This document shows positions 34,765 through 47,126 of a stretch of 64,000 nt of DNA, in pieces. Below the pieces are notes generated by a model. The model did no database searches, was not told where the DNA came from, and worked only from the letters and a program-made list of their open reading frames with translations. The stretch is from Iphione sp. A-MEVVRFRX5. Taxonomy: Eukaryota. How positions within the stretch are numbered: the first letter of the stretch is position 1; each line of letters opens with the position of its first letter. The DNA lies in NCBI GenBank assembly GCA_976226885.1, contig OZ320318.1, forward strand, positions 86,056,001 to 86,120,000. The letters run 5' to 3'. The translations under genes were made by a program, and so were the position numbers.

Positions 34765-37441
34765 TCTTGTAGTATTTTTATCTACAATGCCTGACCTTCC
34801 ATATGAATTCAGAAATATCCAACGCTAGAGTAAGACACAAGAAAATCTGACCTCACCTCAAGTAGATAAAGGAATATTGATGTAATATTTTCCATGAAAC
34901 AATAGGTTTTTAACATCATTTAGCAGCTTCATAGATTGCATAAATGCAATAGTTGTTGCGGAGCACTGTTTATTGAGTTAAACATTTCTGAAATGATTTC
35001 ATTTCATTATTTCCTATTTTCACTTTTCTCTCTTCCGACAATATGACCCAACAGAGGATTTCTGAGTTTCAATTTAGAGTGACCGGATTCAAAGGAAACT
35101 ATTGTCAGACTCTTGGAACTCGGAACTGTCCACCGTAAGGCCCGGTTTCCACATGAGTGCAACCATACGGATGCATGGTAGTGCATAGATATGTGTATTT
35201 GTTGAACATAGGCACATCGATACATAGGTTTCCTTTCGTGCAGAATTATCTACATGTGTGTGTGGTTTGTTTTTGGTGCATGATAATTTCTTCACGTTTA
35301 CTCATTTTTACTCATTTATGCAATTCAGGTGCCCAAGTCCTGAGAACGCCTATGAAATCACATCTCTCCCATCCATAAATCAGGGCCTATGGCCACCCAA
35401 ACTCCATTGTCTCTAGAATATATTTCAAATACAAAATGTTGTAAAAGTATAATGGATTCTGCCGGCTCTGACAGAACAAATATAGTTGTCTCGGAACAAG
35501 GATACTTGTCGTCATCACTGGGAATTCTAGTCTGGTAGAAGGCACTCGTTGAAAAAAAACCACATCTCCCTGTGATCTTGTACTGTGGGTAGGCAGGCAA
35601 CTTTAACCTTAAACATACGACTATTACGTTTGTCCATAGGCTTAAAGCCCTGGCGCAGCCGGGTGCTGCACAGCCTTCATTAACTTCTTTTATTTGGTGT
35701 TGGCGGCGTGAACGCAACAGTCGCGCGATTCCTACCGCGTTCAAATGGCGCGACAATTCAGATTAGCGCCGGAGCTCGACGACTTGTAAACAATCTACTT
35801 ATGGTTGCCTCACATTGGGGGGAAGACTAACAAATAGCTGTGCTAACCAAAGTCTCTATGAAGGGATTATAACGGAACTATGATCGATTAGGGTCGGATT
35901 GATTGGTTGTATGTATTGAATAATATAAAAGTATGGTCTGATGATAGCAATATAGGAAAAACAAATATCTCTTTAACGATGAGTGTTATCAGCATTAAAA
36001 TAAATATCGCACAAATGGGATGGCATATCTAAAATCAACCAAGCCATAATGATTCAATCACGTATAGATAGGGCACCACAGCTGAACAGCAATCATTGAG
36101 TGGATCAGAGTATCCCCGGGAGGGTATCATTTTCAGAGATAAAATTTATAAGAATGTCAGCTGCCCACCAGGTGAATTGCAGCCCTAACAACGATAAATG
36201 AAAGATCACGTGAGAAAACCAACAACAGTTATTCTTATGACCTTCTGGTTGAAAAAAACACACACATCTCATCACGCTCAGGGACCTACTCAGGGTAATG
36301 CAGAGGATTAATACTTCCCAGGACAATAGACATCCGGGGAGTTGTTAAGAACTGTTCCCACGGGGATAATGGCTGAGAATAGGTCCTAGCATTGGCCATG
36401 ATCTTGTTGACTGAATGGTGAAGGATAATTCCACGACGGATGGTCATTTATATCCTGAAGGATCGGCTAATTTAAATCCAGGGTAGCAGGTGAGGATTGT
36501 TTCCAGGGATGATGACAAAAGACGGGTCGAGTGGATAGAAAACAACATATCCGGATGATGTCTAAGGACAGTTGGTTAGGAGGATGTCCCTGAGTTACCA
36601 AGGTCATATTAAATAGAAACTGACAGTGGGCTGATAATGGGGAGAATAACACTGTATTGCTTGCGAGGTTGGTTAAAGTCATGGCCATGCATTTTGCGTT
36701 TTAGCATTTTTCCTGAGAAGTGGCCAGTAGTTGATAGGGCCAACCCTGGTCTTATACAGGCAGTGGTTTGAAAGGGTTTTATTTCGGGAGAATGTCTGTG
36801 GATAGCTCGAGATCCAGATGAAAAGTTTGTCCAGGCGATGGTCTAGGACAATTCTGAAGAGATGAGAAATGGGGGGTTTGTAGCCCTAGGGGTTGACCAA
36901 GTATCATAGATGAGGTGAAGTCAGGTGGAAGGATGGGATGAGAGTGAAACCAAGGTTGAGGTCAAGCCCAGGAGTGACAATGAGGCTGGGTTTCTATTGG
37001 TGAGGTTTAGGAGATTGGGTTGGCTTATATGGCTAGGACTCCTGTGCAGACGCGCGTGCGCGCACACGTGTGTGTGTGTGTAAATTGAAGCATATTTGTG
37101 GACTTTTATGCTAATTGAAACCTATCATTAGAAATTGCTCCATATTTGTGGAAATTGAAGCATATTTGTTGAATTTTGGTGTTTTTGTTGAAATTGAAGT
37201 ATATCAATAGAAATTGTGCAAATACTTGTTGAATATTGCTGGAAATTGTGTGGTTTCATGCAAATAATAAGCAAAGCAGATCATATTTCACCTGAAATGA
37301 CATAATGTTAGACAGTTTTCCTCCTCCTTTTGGGGAAATTTATGAACATTGCTCCAGACTCAGGACTCCAGACTCTTGATCCGGATACATAGAAACAATG
37401 TAGTTCTCTCCTATGATTTCATCTTTTTCTGGATACACATA

Positions 37442-37963
37442 CAGTGGAAACCCTGACAATGGACACCTGGACACAGCGGACAGCCCTTACAATGGACAGC
37501 CAAAGGACAGTCCCAATCAAAACCATTATAAATCATGTTTATTGTTGCCTGGACACAGTGGACACTCATGGGCAGTGGACACCCGCTTCTGGACAGTTCC
37601 TGGACAGTCCTAAACAATGATTTTAGCAGGTCTACAGTGGACAGACACCCTGGAGGACCCATTCCAGACCCTCCTTTGACGAGTCTCCATACCCAGCAGA
37701 GGTGCGATCTCGTCTTGACACCCCTGAGGACCCACTACTGACCCTCCTTTGACAAATTTTGACCATATTGGAAAATATACATGATAGAGAGAGAGGAAAA
37801 TGGAACTTTGAGTATGACATCATATTCAGTGTGGTTGTGAACAGACGTCCCTCTCCATGATAGAGCGAGAGGGAGAAGGGGTAGCTCGGACACAGCGGAC
37901 ACCCCTGACAACGGACGCTTTGGCCACAGTCCCATCGATGTCTACTGTAGAGGGGTTAAACTG
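37442..37963. mobile_element. Tc1/mariner-like MITE (GGACA-rich) with an internal duplication
   Basis: TA|CAGTGGAAACCCT ... AGGGGTTAAACTG|TA. Many GGACAC repeats; GACCCTCCTTTGAC is duplicated inside. Confidence 0.6.
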
Positions 37964-38608
37964 TATCTAGAAGCCTGGGCCTGAAATCCGGACACATGGA
38001 AACCGGGCCTAAGTGTAGGAAGAGAAGGACAATATAGATCGAACTAGAGTTCGAGAGAGGACAACCGGGGATACCACTTGAGGCATACAACCTTTTGATC
38101 ACTGAAGGCAAACCATACCTGAATAGACCTATATCGATATGGCTTTTAGAGGTTCCCTGGCTTCCCGCCAGGAGGTCCATTGGCGCCCCTGTTAGTGTTT
38201 GTTTAAGGATAGCAAAGGTATAGAGCTACCAGCGGGGTTAGAGCGGCGAGCGGCGATCGGAGGCGGGACGTGTTTCTTCAAGGGGGGTGCCACTGTAGAG
38301 GAAACGATGGAGCCACGAGTGGGAGGCGTGAAGTTGGGAACTTTCAAGGGGGGGAGGGCTTTTGCGCTAATGTGGCGGTTAACTTTGGTTTTTAAATTGG
38401 TTCTGGGGAATTCACACACCTGAAGGTATAATTATGCAAGACATGGGAAAAGTAGACCGGAGATGTAAGGAAATGTTGCATGTGTACTTGTAAATATGAG
38501 CATTTGCTTGAAGACCAACTGAGCAAAGCGTTAAAGAGCTAAGGTCAAAGATAGGCGAGAAAAGAAATGTACTGCCAGAACAAAGTGAGAAGTGGAAAGA
38601 ATAAATAA

Positions 38609-38785
38609 CAGTTTCCCCTCAGACTGTGACCACCTTTCTAATCAGATCACCTCTCTAATAAGACCATCATCAATGAACAAAATTACATACATGCATATAC
38701 ATATCCCTCTCTTATAAGACCACTCCTTATTGAGACCATTTCAGGCCAGAACCAGTGGTGGTTGTGTTAGTGAGGTGACATTCTA
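38609..38785. mobile_element. CAG-ended MITE (related to 26895-27020)
   Basis: CAGTTTCCCCTCAGACTGTGACCACC..., with AAGACCA internal repeats. Right end degenerate. Confidence 0.55.
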
Positions 38786-40223
38786 CATGTATGCATCTTG
38801 TCATATACACAGTAAATGTGTATATCGTGGATGCAAACAGTACACTGAGGGTAAAGTAATTGAAAGCAGATTAGCTGAAGAATGTTTGAATATCTTATTA
38901 GGCCTAATTTCCTCACACGTGTTTCACAGCTAATCCACCATGTTTGCAGCCTGTTTTTTCGGGAACCATGCCTTGAGCAAGGAGTGTATTCATGTACACG
39001 CGTGTACCATGTAGCATGTTTCCATGACCATGCTGCTGTTGTTTTTGGATGGGAAAGTTCCCAATCTCCACCATGCATGTGATTTTTTTAAATACAAGGC
39101 GTGATACAAGGTTCTATGTTAGTTCCAATGTTAATTCATTGGTTTGGGCCAAAACCAAAATGTTATTTTTCTCAAGGTAGTATATGGTACAAAAACATGC
39201 CAATGAAAACACACATGTAGGGAAATTCAAGCTAAGTGTTTTGATTTTAAATACTAACACAATGTCATCAATTCCGGAGCTGCCTTTATACCATATGTAA
39301 TAAAAGACGGAACATATATAATCCTAATTGAGTTTTGGGCTCGAGGCCGAGAACGCCCTCGAGTTATTTAAATTTGAAAATTATAATCCACTACCGCTTT
39401 TGATCGAAGTCTGTTGAAAGAGCCGATTAAGACGTGCAATTTTAACCCAAAGCATATATATATGTACTTGAACTTACAACATTTGCAGGGTTCCTGCTAC
39501 TGTTTCTGTTTGCTGCCTTCTTACACAAAGGATCTAAAAGGAGCGTGTTTGATTAGTCATAGCCCAGGGTTCGAGTACATCCCCCCCTTCCTTGTAGGGG
39601 CCTAGTTTTTAAAGTGGCTGAATCAAATTTAAACAGGCAGCAGCACACAATGCCCTGCGACTCTCGGCCCATGAGACTGGGCTGAGACCGCACCTTGAAG
39701 GCGAGGTCAACGCGTGTTCCTTTAGAAAAGCGAGGATTTTAAGTTGAATAGGGGTTTCTATATGCTACACACATTCAACAATGTGGACGTACCTAAGAAG
39801 GCAGTCTGGCAAAAAAATCCTTTGTGTTATAGACGAATGTCCCCCCAGTTTCCTATGGCGGACTTATATCCGTTCTCTGCAGCAATTAATGCGCGAACTA
39901 GTAATTGGTACTTGTAACTAAGCTACTAGGAAACGCATGTATGGAGCTGAAACATGCTTGAATTACTAGTCAGGACAGAAGCTCTTTCAAACTACATAAC
40001 TGATCTTATTGCCTATTGCTGTTGTGTGAGTGTGTCTAAGATACACGATCTCCAAGGTGTTAATCATACCACTACAGTGTGATTCTTGCTTAGAATATGA
40101 CGTCATGAAAGATGTTACTGCAATTTAAAATGCACCATTTTCATACATATTTAAAAAGAAATTCACAAAAAAATCACATTGCAATGGTGTAATCAACTAC
40201 CCAGGAAGACGCTAATTCATGTA

Positions 40224-40401
40224 CAGTCGAAACGCTATTTAAGACCGCATCAATTTCTGACCAAATCCAATTGACGACTATTTTGACTGGGACCAGAAGT
40301 ATTGATTCCTATATTGAACTATTATCGATTCATGACCAAATTCGCCAATGCGACCATTTGAGCTTGGTACCAAGTGGTGGTCGCAAATAAGGTTTCGACT
40401 T
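40224..40401. mobile_element. Small Tc1/mariner-like MITE
   Basis: TA|CAGTCGAAAC ... GTTTCGACTT|TA. Confidence 0.7.
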
Positions 40402-41042
40402 TATGCAAGTATATTTGTGATATATATCTATATAGATGTGCATGTATTTACATGTGCAGAGGAGACTGATATCATCCACAAGTAAAGAGGATAAACTGTT
40501 ATGACTCACTGACCACATGATTGTCATTACCCAGGGTAGATATGAATGGAATTCAGATACTGAGTCATATTTTTATACGAATAGAGTACAGAAGAACCTC
40601 GGTGTTGGTTCAACCCCAGAATAAGGCCAACTCTTTACCAGGGACTGACATTGCCAAAACCAAACCTGTATTTTATAGTATACAGTCAAATACCTATTCG
40701 CTGCTACCACCTTTCCCCGAGCCCCAATGGTTAGAATAGCAAAAATGCTTGATTTTAAACAATCGATTTAGGGGGGTCAAGCTCAGAAATAAAATTCCCT
40801 TTTTCCTTCCCTCTCTCTTTACTCAATTCTCATTGACATACATGTATGTATGGGGGCGGGGATCAAGCTTGGAAATCTACTCCCTTTCTTCCTCTCTCTC
40901 TATTAAGTAAATATTTGTCTTAAAAGTGCTGAATTTGATGAGTTAAAAACCAAAAAGTGCTGAATTTGATGATTAAGCACCCTAAAAGTGCTTGCTAATA
41001 CCTGTGACCTAATCTTAGGCAAAAAATAACCCTTGAAACATT

Positions 41043-41610
41043 CTGTTAGGTAGGAGTGGTTGCAGGGACACCCCTGGTAGCATGTTAGACAATGACTAAT
41101 CCTTCCCACATTCTGTTACGTGGTGTTCACATGTATCCATTTTTTTATCAAAACGGATCCATATCCATAGAAAAAAACCTACATCATGACAATCATGTAC
41201 AGTGTTCACATGTAGCTGTATCTACAGATACGGATCCATATCCATAGGTGGTAGATCCATAGATCCATCAGTGACAGATTTTTAATGGATACAGGTCCGT
41301 ATTCCATAGGAAGCAGTGGTAGAGAGACATCTGGTATCAATATGAGAAGGCCTTAAATAAATACAGCAGGAGGTAATCCACGTTTCCAGATCTGTAGACG
41401 TATTTTCCCTACAGATACATGTGAAAGCCCCCTTAGGGAGGATGGTTGCAGTGACACTTCTGGTATAATGTTAGAGAATGAATAACCTTTCAAATGATCT
41501 CTGCTGTTAGGGAGGAGTGGTCACACTAACACCTCTAGCAACACTTTTAGATAATGAATATCCTTTCAAACGATCTCTTCTGTTACGTAGAGTGGTCACG
41601 ATAACACACA
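41043..41610. repeat. Degenerate 70-75-bp tandem repeat interrupted by a family C MITE
   Basis: CTGTTAG..GGAGTGGT...AATGAATA.CCTTTC units near 41043, 41433, 41505 and 41580. The MITE (GTGTTCACATGTATCC ... GATACATGTGAAAGCCCCC|TTA) occupies about 41121-41433. Confidence 0.7.
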
Positions 41611-41938
41611 ATTTTGGTCTCACCTTAGATAATATATTATTTTAAATGGTCAGCAATCAATGTTAAATACAATAAATACAACATGGGTGGTCGGAGGCTG
41701 ATATCTGGTGTCACTCCTTGAGCAGGGGCACTTTCACCGGGAATAAGGGTGTTCCCAGTAAAATACTTCATGAAAATGTATATTTTCTAGATGTTTAGTT
41801 TGCAGATATTGAGGCCTGACTATAAAGCAAACGTTTCTTTACACAACTGGCACATAATAACGTTTATTGTGACAAAAGAAATACTTTGGTTTTATTCAAA
41901 GCATGCCACAATTTAATTCCTTGTAATTTATGACAGTA

Positions 41939-42116
41939 TCGTGGAACCTCTCTACTATAGAGTGCAACGGGACTGACTAAAGAGTGTCCATAAAGAGGGC
42001 TGTCCTTTATAACAGGGATATTTAAACAGGCTTATATAGATTTGGTTCTGTTTCCAGCCTGTACATAATATGAGGTGTCCTTTATAGAAGGTGTCCTTAG
42101 TAGAGGGGTTCCACTG
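41939..42116. mobile_element. Small Tc1/mariner-like MITE
   Basis: TA|TCGTGGAACCTCTCTACTA ... TAGTAGAGGGGTTCCACTG. Confidence 0.7.
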
Positions 42117-42499
42117 TTTATTAGCACCCATTAGCACTGTTTATTAGCACCAACCTTTCCGATTAATGAAAGCTTGCGTAAACTCGCATATTTATAGTTC
42201 CCCTTGTCCTTGTGCAATGGTTTATTTGCGATGATAGATATAGCTCAGTTGGGGGGTCGCAGGTGATGGTTTTCCCGATCGGACGTCATCAGGTGCACAC
42301 CATTGATGGCACCAGCAACAGTTGCAGGTGGGCAGGTTCGGGCATAGAGTGGTCCCTTGCCTGTCTCCCCCCCAGGTAGGTACAGGTAAAAAGGCGGTCC
42401 AGGTATATGAAGACTGAATAGGACAAAGCTGTGGACTACCCGGGTTCTAGGATTTATAGCGACAGAAGGAATATCCGACATATAATCATGTGTCTAATC

Positions 42500-42830
42500 A
42501 TACTTACCTAGACGGAAAGGCTGGAGTTGTGCACTAACAATAGTCTCCATGGTTCTACGCCTAAAATGATACTCAATTCTTGTGGAAAATCCATCTAATT
42601 ATACTTACCTACACATTAACTAATTATACTTACCTACACGGGCGTTACCTCGACAAGGACTGGAGTTGTACGCTAGCAACGGTCTTCAGGGTTGTAGGCT
42701 TTACAGCAAAGGAGGAACGTTCGACCAAAAATGATAAATCAATTCTCGTGGGAATTCCATCTAATTATAACTACCTAAACGGACGTTACCTCGGGAAAGA
42801 CTGGAGTTGTGCACCAGCAATGGTCTTCTG
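42500..42830. repeat. Degenerate tandem repeat of about 140 bp, about 2.5 copies
   Basis: TGGAGTTGT recurs at 42522, 42661 and 42802 (periods 139 and 141). Confidence 0.85.
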
Positions 42831-44569
42831 TTGTAGACGTCAGATTGGGACATCAATACCGTGTGATAGTAAATTAGATGAAGCTCTGAGAGGAAAGTGG
42901 CAGCAATATTTTTAAGACAGGTAGAGCATTGGCAACATGTGGATGTAGTGGCCGCCTGGAGTGGGTTGTCGACTTAAAGTGGAGTCGACCACCATGTTTC
43001 GACCCTTCAAACCACGTACAGGTGAGAATACCAGCGACATATCATTTAGAGTCAGAGCATCTGAGGTGTCTACCTGTGTCTTGCAGGCACAACACACGTA
43101 ACACTTTAGTTTTAATTGTATTCAGATGCCAGATGTGAAGAAGTGTTTTTCTCGATAGGTGTGGGATAAGCGACACTTACATTAAGTTAAAAATCGGATG
43201 GGGACAAAAATACACACAGACGAACGTTTTCTACTAAACATATCAAAGAAAGTGTACAGAGTATGACCGTACCTCTCTGAGGAAGTTCAATTCGAAGAAG
43301 GTTTTGATTCCTGGAAGTAGATAGATTAGGTTGGTTTCTAAGAATCTCTTCACTGAAGGACTGCCAATAACAACGCTGTTTTTTCATTATGATCTAACCC
43401 TAGGCTGAGCAGTCCTCCACCGTATAGCCAGCAATAATATTACGTTATCTTGTACGATATGCTACCGACTTAGTTAGGTTAAGTGCCGTTTTGGTTGGCA
43501 TCCAGACGATTTATTTTCCCCCTGGCGCCGGCGTCAGTATAGGCTGACTGATCATTATCATCAATCAGTGGATCAGTGCAGAAAAGGGGCAGGAAACACA
43601 TAGAGAAGGACTAATGCATCTGTGGGGAAAATATTACAAGTAAGCATTCACTCTGGCTAAAACGTCTCTCATATTTCAACTTCTTAGTATTAGTGCAACA
43701 GTCGAAACACGTTTAGTTCCGCTTGTCACGATAAAATAGTTTTATTACCAAAATGATTTTTGATAACCATAATAGGGCCTAGTAAAAGGTATCTGTGTTT
43801 CTGGTAGCCCGATCAACCCTAATTTTTGAGCATATGGAACACTTTTAAAATAACTGTTTTGCCAGTGTCTTGGGGTAACTAAGGCTACAGACTCATAAAA
43901 TATACGATCTTCGTCCTTAGGTCTTCAGTTTTCATATGGTATGAGTATCACTGCCATCCAATCAGTGGAGGCTTGGAATCACGCATTTCTTGTTTTCATT
44001 CTACATTAATGATGACAAAACTAAAATTTAAGAAGTGCCTACCTATTTATGCAGCATGTAACCAGACAGAAAGATATTTTTTTTGGGGGGGGGGCTAATG
44101 TAAATAAAAGCCAGAAAGCAGCAGTTTAGAAAATCAGGGAAAGGTGGGTTTAGAACGAACTCAACGTTGGGTATCTCTAGTAGAGTTGAGTATTATTACA
44201 TCACCTAAACATGTGCATGTAATATACAGGTTACCCCATGGTGGGAGTTCTATTGGTTTTACAAGATGTTTTCTCCATGAACTGTTCTACCGCTGCACAT
44301 CTACATACTGTAGGGTACCACCGACCTGGTGCTGTTGTGATCTACAACATGTTACCTTTGAATTTTAATTTTTTTTGCATTGATTTTGGCAATAGTAAAT
44401 AAGAAATACAGAAATTCAAATATAGTAAGGAAAATTTTGAAGTTTTAGGATTAAAAAAGTACACAGAAGCTTGTTAACTTATTTGGCCTTGAATATTTTT
44501 CCTATTTTTGACACCAGGTTTCTATGTCACTACTGTAGAGGGTTGTTCATGTTACAATCATAAAGCTGG

Positions 44570-44820
44570 GCAACTGGACAACTATGCGGTACATGCTGTA
44601 ACGTGACTAGCGTAGAGAGAAATGAGAAGTCAACGAATTGAGTAAAAATAATCTTGAGAAAAAGTAGAATATAAGTTTCACTCCAAAATACACTAAATTG
44701 TTGTGCATGGAATGGTCTCTCTCCAGCGTGCAAAGAGAAAGGGTCTGTTTATTCCAGAAAATATGGGTTTATATACAACAGTGTTACATAAGAGTTGCTA
44801 AAAATAGGATGTCTAGACGT
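44570..44820 (+). repeat. Dispersed repeat family D, copy 3 (partial)
   Basis: GTGCAAAGAGAAAGGGTCTGTTTATTC and CTAAAAATAGG..GTCTAGAC are shared with 12450-12545. Confidence 0.7.
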
Positions 44821-44841
44821 CTGCTTATGCGCAGCAAATAA

Positions 44842-44907
44842 ACAATCCGCGAGGTACCCCTACTACGCAGTATCACAATCCATGAGGTACCTCTACTATG
44901 CAATATC
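44842..44907. repeat. 33-bp tandem duplication
   Basis: ACAATCC..GAGGTACC.CTACTA.GCA.TATC starts at 44842 and 44875. Confidence 0.85.
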
Positions 44908-45792
44908 TCTACCAGTCCGGAAGTCGTCACGGACTGCACCCTATCCCGGATCGCGGATTCTGTCACGGACCGCTCTCACGGACCAACCATCCTTCTAGCA
45001 CTATACGCTCTTATTACATGCGCACACTACAATGCGAAAAAGAATAAAATCCATTTACAACAAGCTCTAGAAACTGCAGAAGCATGAAAATTTGGATTAT
45101 AGAACATTCCTTTTATAACACATTCGCTGTGTCATATGATAATACGTTTAACACATTCACTAGATGGAGACCTAGTCATCCGACACATGAGAGCATACTA
45201 AGAAGCCCCATCATTAAAGGTGTGGTTTTCCGAAATTAGCTTGACTATCCTGGGCTGAGCACTTAACCTCCTTTATATATATGAAAGCTGGTTGTGGCCT
45301 TCTGCAAACCTGGCCCCTTCAGGACAGAGGAAATTTGGACCACATATAGCGTACTACTTGGTAATGTGGCACGGGTTGCTGTGTCCAAGTGAGTTTGGCA
45401 CCGCAGACATTTAACTTTATCGTTGAGAGGATATATATTTAGGTGAGATTAAATCTGTTCCATCTGACCACGAAACGCATCAACCACCAATACTACGCCA
45501 ACCACCAAGCCAGTGGTCCTTTCCGAGGATGGTCTCATTGACCACAATTGTACATGTACTTAATTTTTTTAAATGGACGTCTTTTCCTATTATACGATGC
45601 ATAATAGTTAAGTGAGAGTCTTATGCATGTGTACAGAGAATGACAGATTGTTTTTTTTTGCAAACTCCATCGACCTCGACACTGTTTGATATAAGGATAC
45701 AGTAGAGACCCCCTAATGCGACCAGTGGAAAGCCAGGCTAATTCTGCCCTGAATACAGGGCTGCCCTTAATGAAGGGGTTCTCTTTCTGATA

Positions 45793-45969
45793 CAGTAGCA
45801 ACTCACGTTGTGGGCAACTTGACTAGAAGGGCAACTCAGAATTAAGGGCAACTTTGGTTGGTTGCCATAGCTTATTTTCTATGACATAATTTATTCAGGT
45901 AGAAGGGTAACTCAGTTAGGGGCACCTTTGCCTGGTCCCATCGGTGGTCTTAGTTCTGAGTTGCTACTG
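45793..45969. mobile_element. Small Tc1/mariner-like MITE
   Basis: TA|CAGTAGCAACTC ... GAGTTGCTACTG|TA, a perfect 12-bp TIR with internal GGGCAACT repeats. Confidence 0.85.
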
Positions 45970-46468
45970 TACATTGTATAGTAGTGGTACTGGCAACACT
46001 TCTAAGTTCTGGATTGCCCCTCTATTTAAGTTGCCCACAGGGTGGGTTGCTGCTTTATGTTCTCGGTGAAGCATGTGACTCACTTGTCAATGTGCAAGAA
46101 ATGATTATCACTATAGAACTAAAGGACATACTTCAGGGCCTGGCGGACTTTATAGGATTACTTGCCAGACAGAAATTTACCTTAATTAGTAATAATATAC
46201 AAGGTGGAAGCACTTCTGGAAATTGTGTGGTATATTGTCTGAAAATATGTTTACTCAGCTTCTGGTTGACACAATGTTACTACAGCGAAATCTCTCTACA
46301 AACACCATGCCCTATTCTTTTATCTAAGGCACACTTTATGGGAGGTCTTTGCAGAGGGGGTTCTACAATTTAGAGCAGCTTGTTCTGCTCTGGAAATAGT
46401 TTGGCCATTAACAGAGGTGGACATTTTACACAGATCATCTAGGATGCTCTGGAGTTTCATCATAATTA

Positions 46469-46810
46469 GGCTAAAAAAATAGGTGTGTTTCTGGTTATCT
46501 ACCCCTACCTAGCAAAACCTCACCCTACCTAAAAATGTTTTGACCACAAAGAGTTTCCAATGATGAATTTCCTTAAATATGTGTTTTCACAGCACATGTT
46601 TTTGGTAAATTCAGTAGAAAAACAACAAAATTCATGGAAATTCATTAAAAAACTGTAAAACTCATGTAAATTGTGGAAAATCCTTCATAATGTATTTATC
46701 ATTATTGAAAACCAGAGGAAGAAAGTGGAAAAAATTTTTAAAAAAGATACCCCCTTCCTGCTGAAGGTTTTGCCTGCTTGAAACCAGAAAGATGCTTATT
46801 CTTTTTGCTC
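46469..46810. mobile_element. Family A MITE, copy 2 (right end decayed)
   Basis: TTA|GGCTAAAAAAATAGGTGTGTTTCTGGT; colinear with 62827-63179. Confidence 0.8.
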
Positions 46811-46934
46811 TATCTTCAGGTGTAACTTTCTTTGTGGTGATAAAGTCCAGTGTTGCTAATCATAAATGAGCATACGTTTTATTCCATATAAGCCAGAGTC
46901 GTTACAAATCGCCGGGTTTTTTTTTCTTACGTAG

Positions 46935-47126
46935 ACGTTTCACGTCGTCCACGACCTGCATTGACGTCACAGGGTACTCCCAGAGTGACGTCGCAGCCTC
47001 AGACGACACCTACAGAGACGTTAACCATAACCCCGGGTTCAACGGTCAAGATGAAGGAACAGTTATACGGCTGGTATCCTCCTGCCAGGAGCATCTGGGA
47101 CCGCAGAAAGGAACCATCCACATATC
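46935..47126 (+). CDS. Exon of an uncharacterised gene (VSRRPRP...MKEQLYGWYPPARSIWDRRKEPSTY)
   Basis: TTTTTCTTACGTAG|ACG ... TATC|GTGAGT. 192 nt, open, phase 1 to 1, with an in-frame ATG at 47051. Splices to 49221 to give ...STY-H-KECLYKHG. Confidence 0.7.

Noticed and set aside
35655-35675. THAP-domain start (GCAAPGC) in minus ORF 35358-35756
   Set aside because: The downstream FP, W and CxxH motifs of THAP are not present.
36100-37040. Decayed LINE or Penelope coding region on the minus strand
   Set aside because: The AC-rich bias resembles the LINE 3' UTR, but no RT or GIY-YIG motifs were found in any frame.
38181-38188. Retroviral PBS TGGCGCCC
   Set aside because: Not preceded by an LTR end, and no gag/pol sequence follows.
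42241-42252. tRNA or tRNA-SINE A box TAGCTCAGTTGG (also a B-box-like word near 14608)
   Set aside because: No cloverleaf and no properly spaced A/B box pair.
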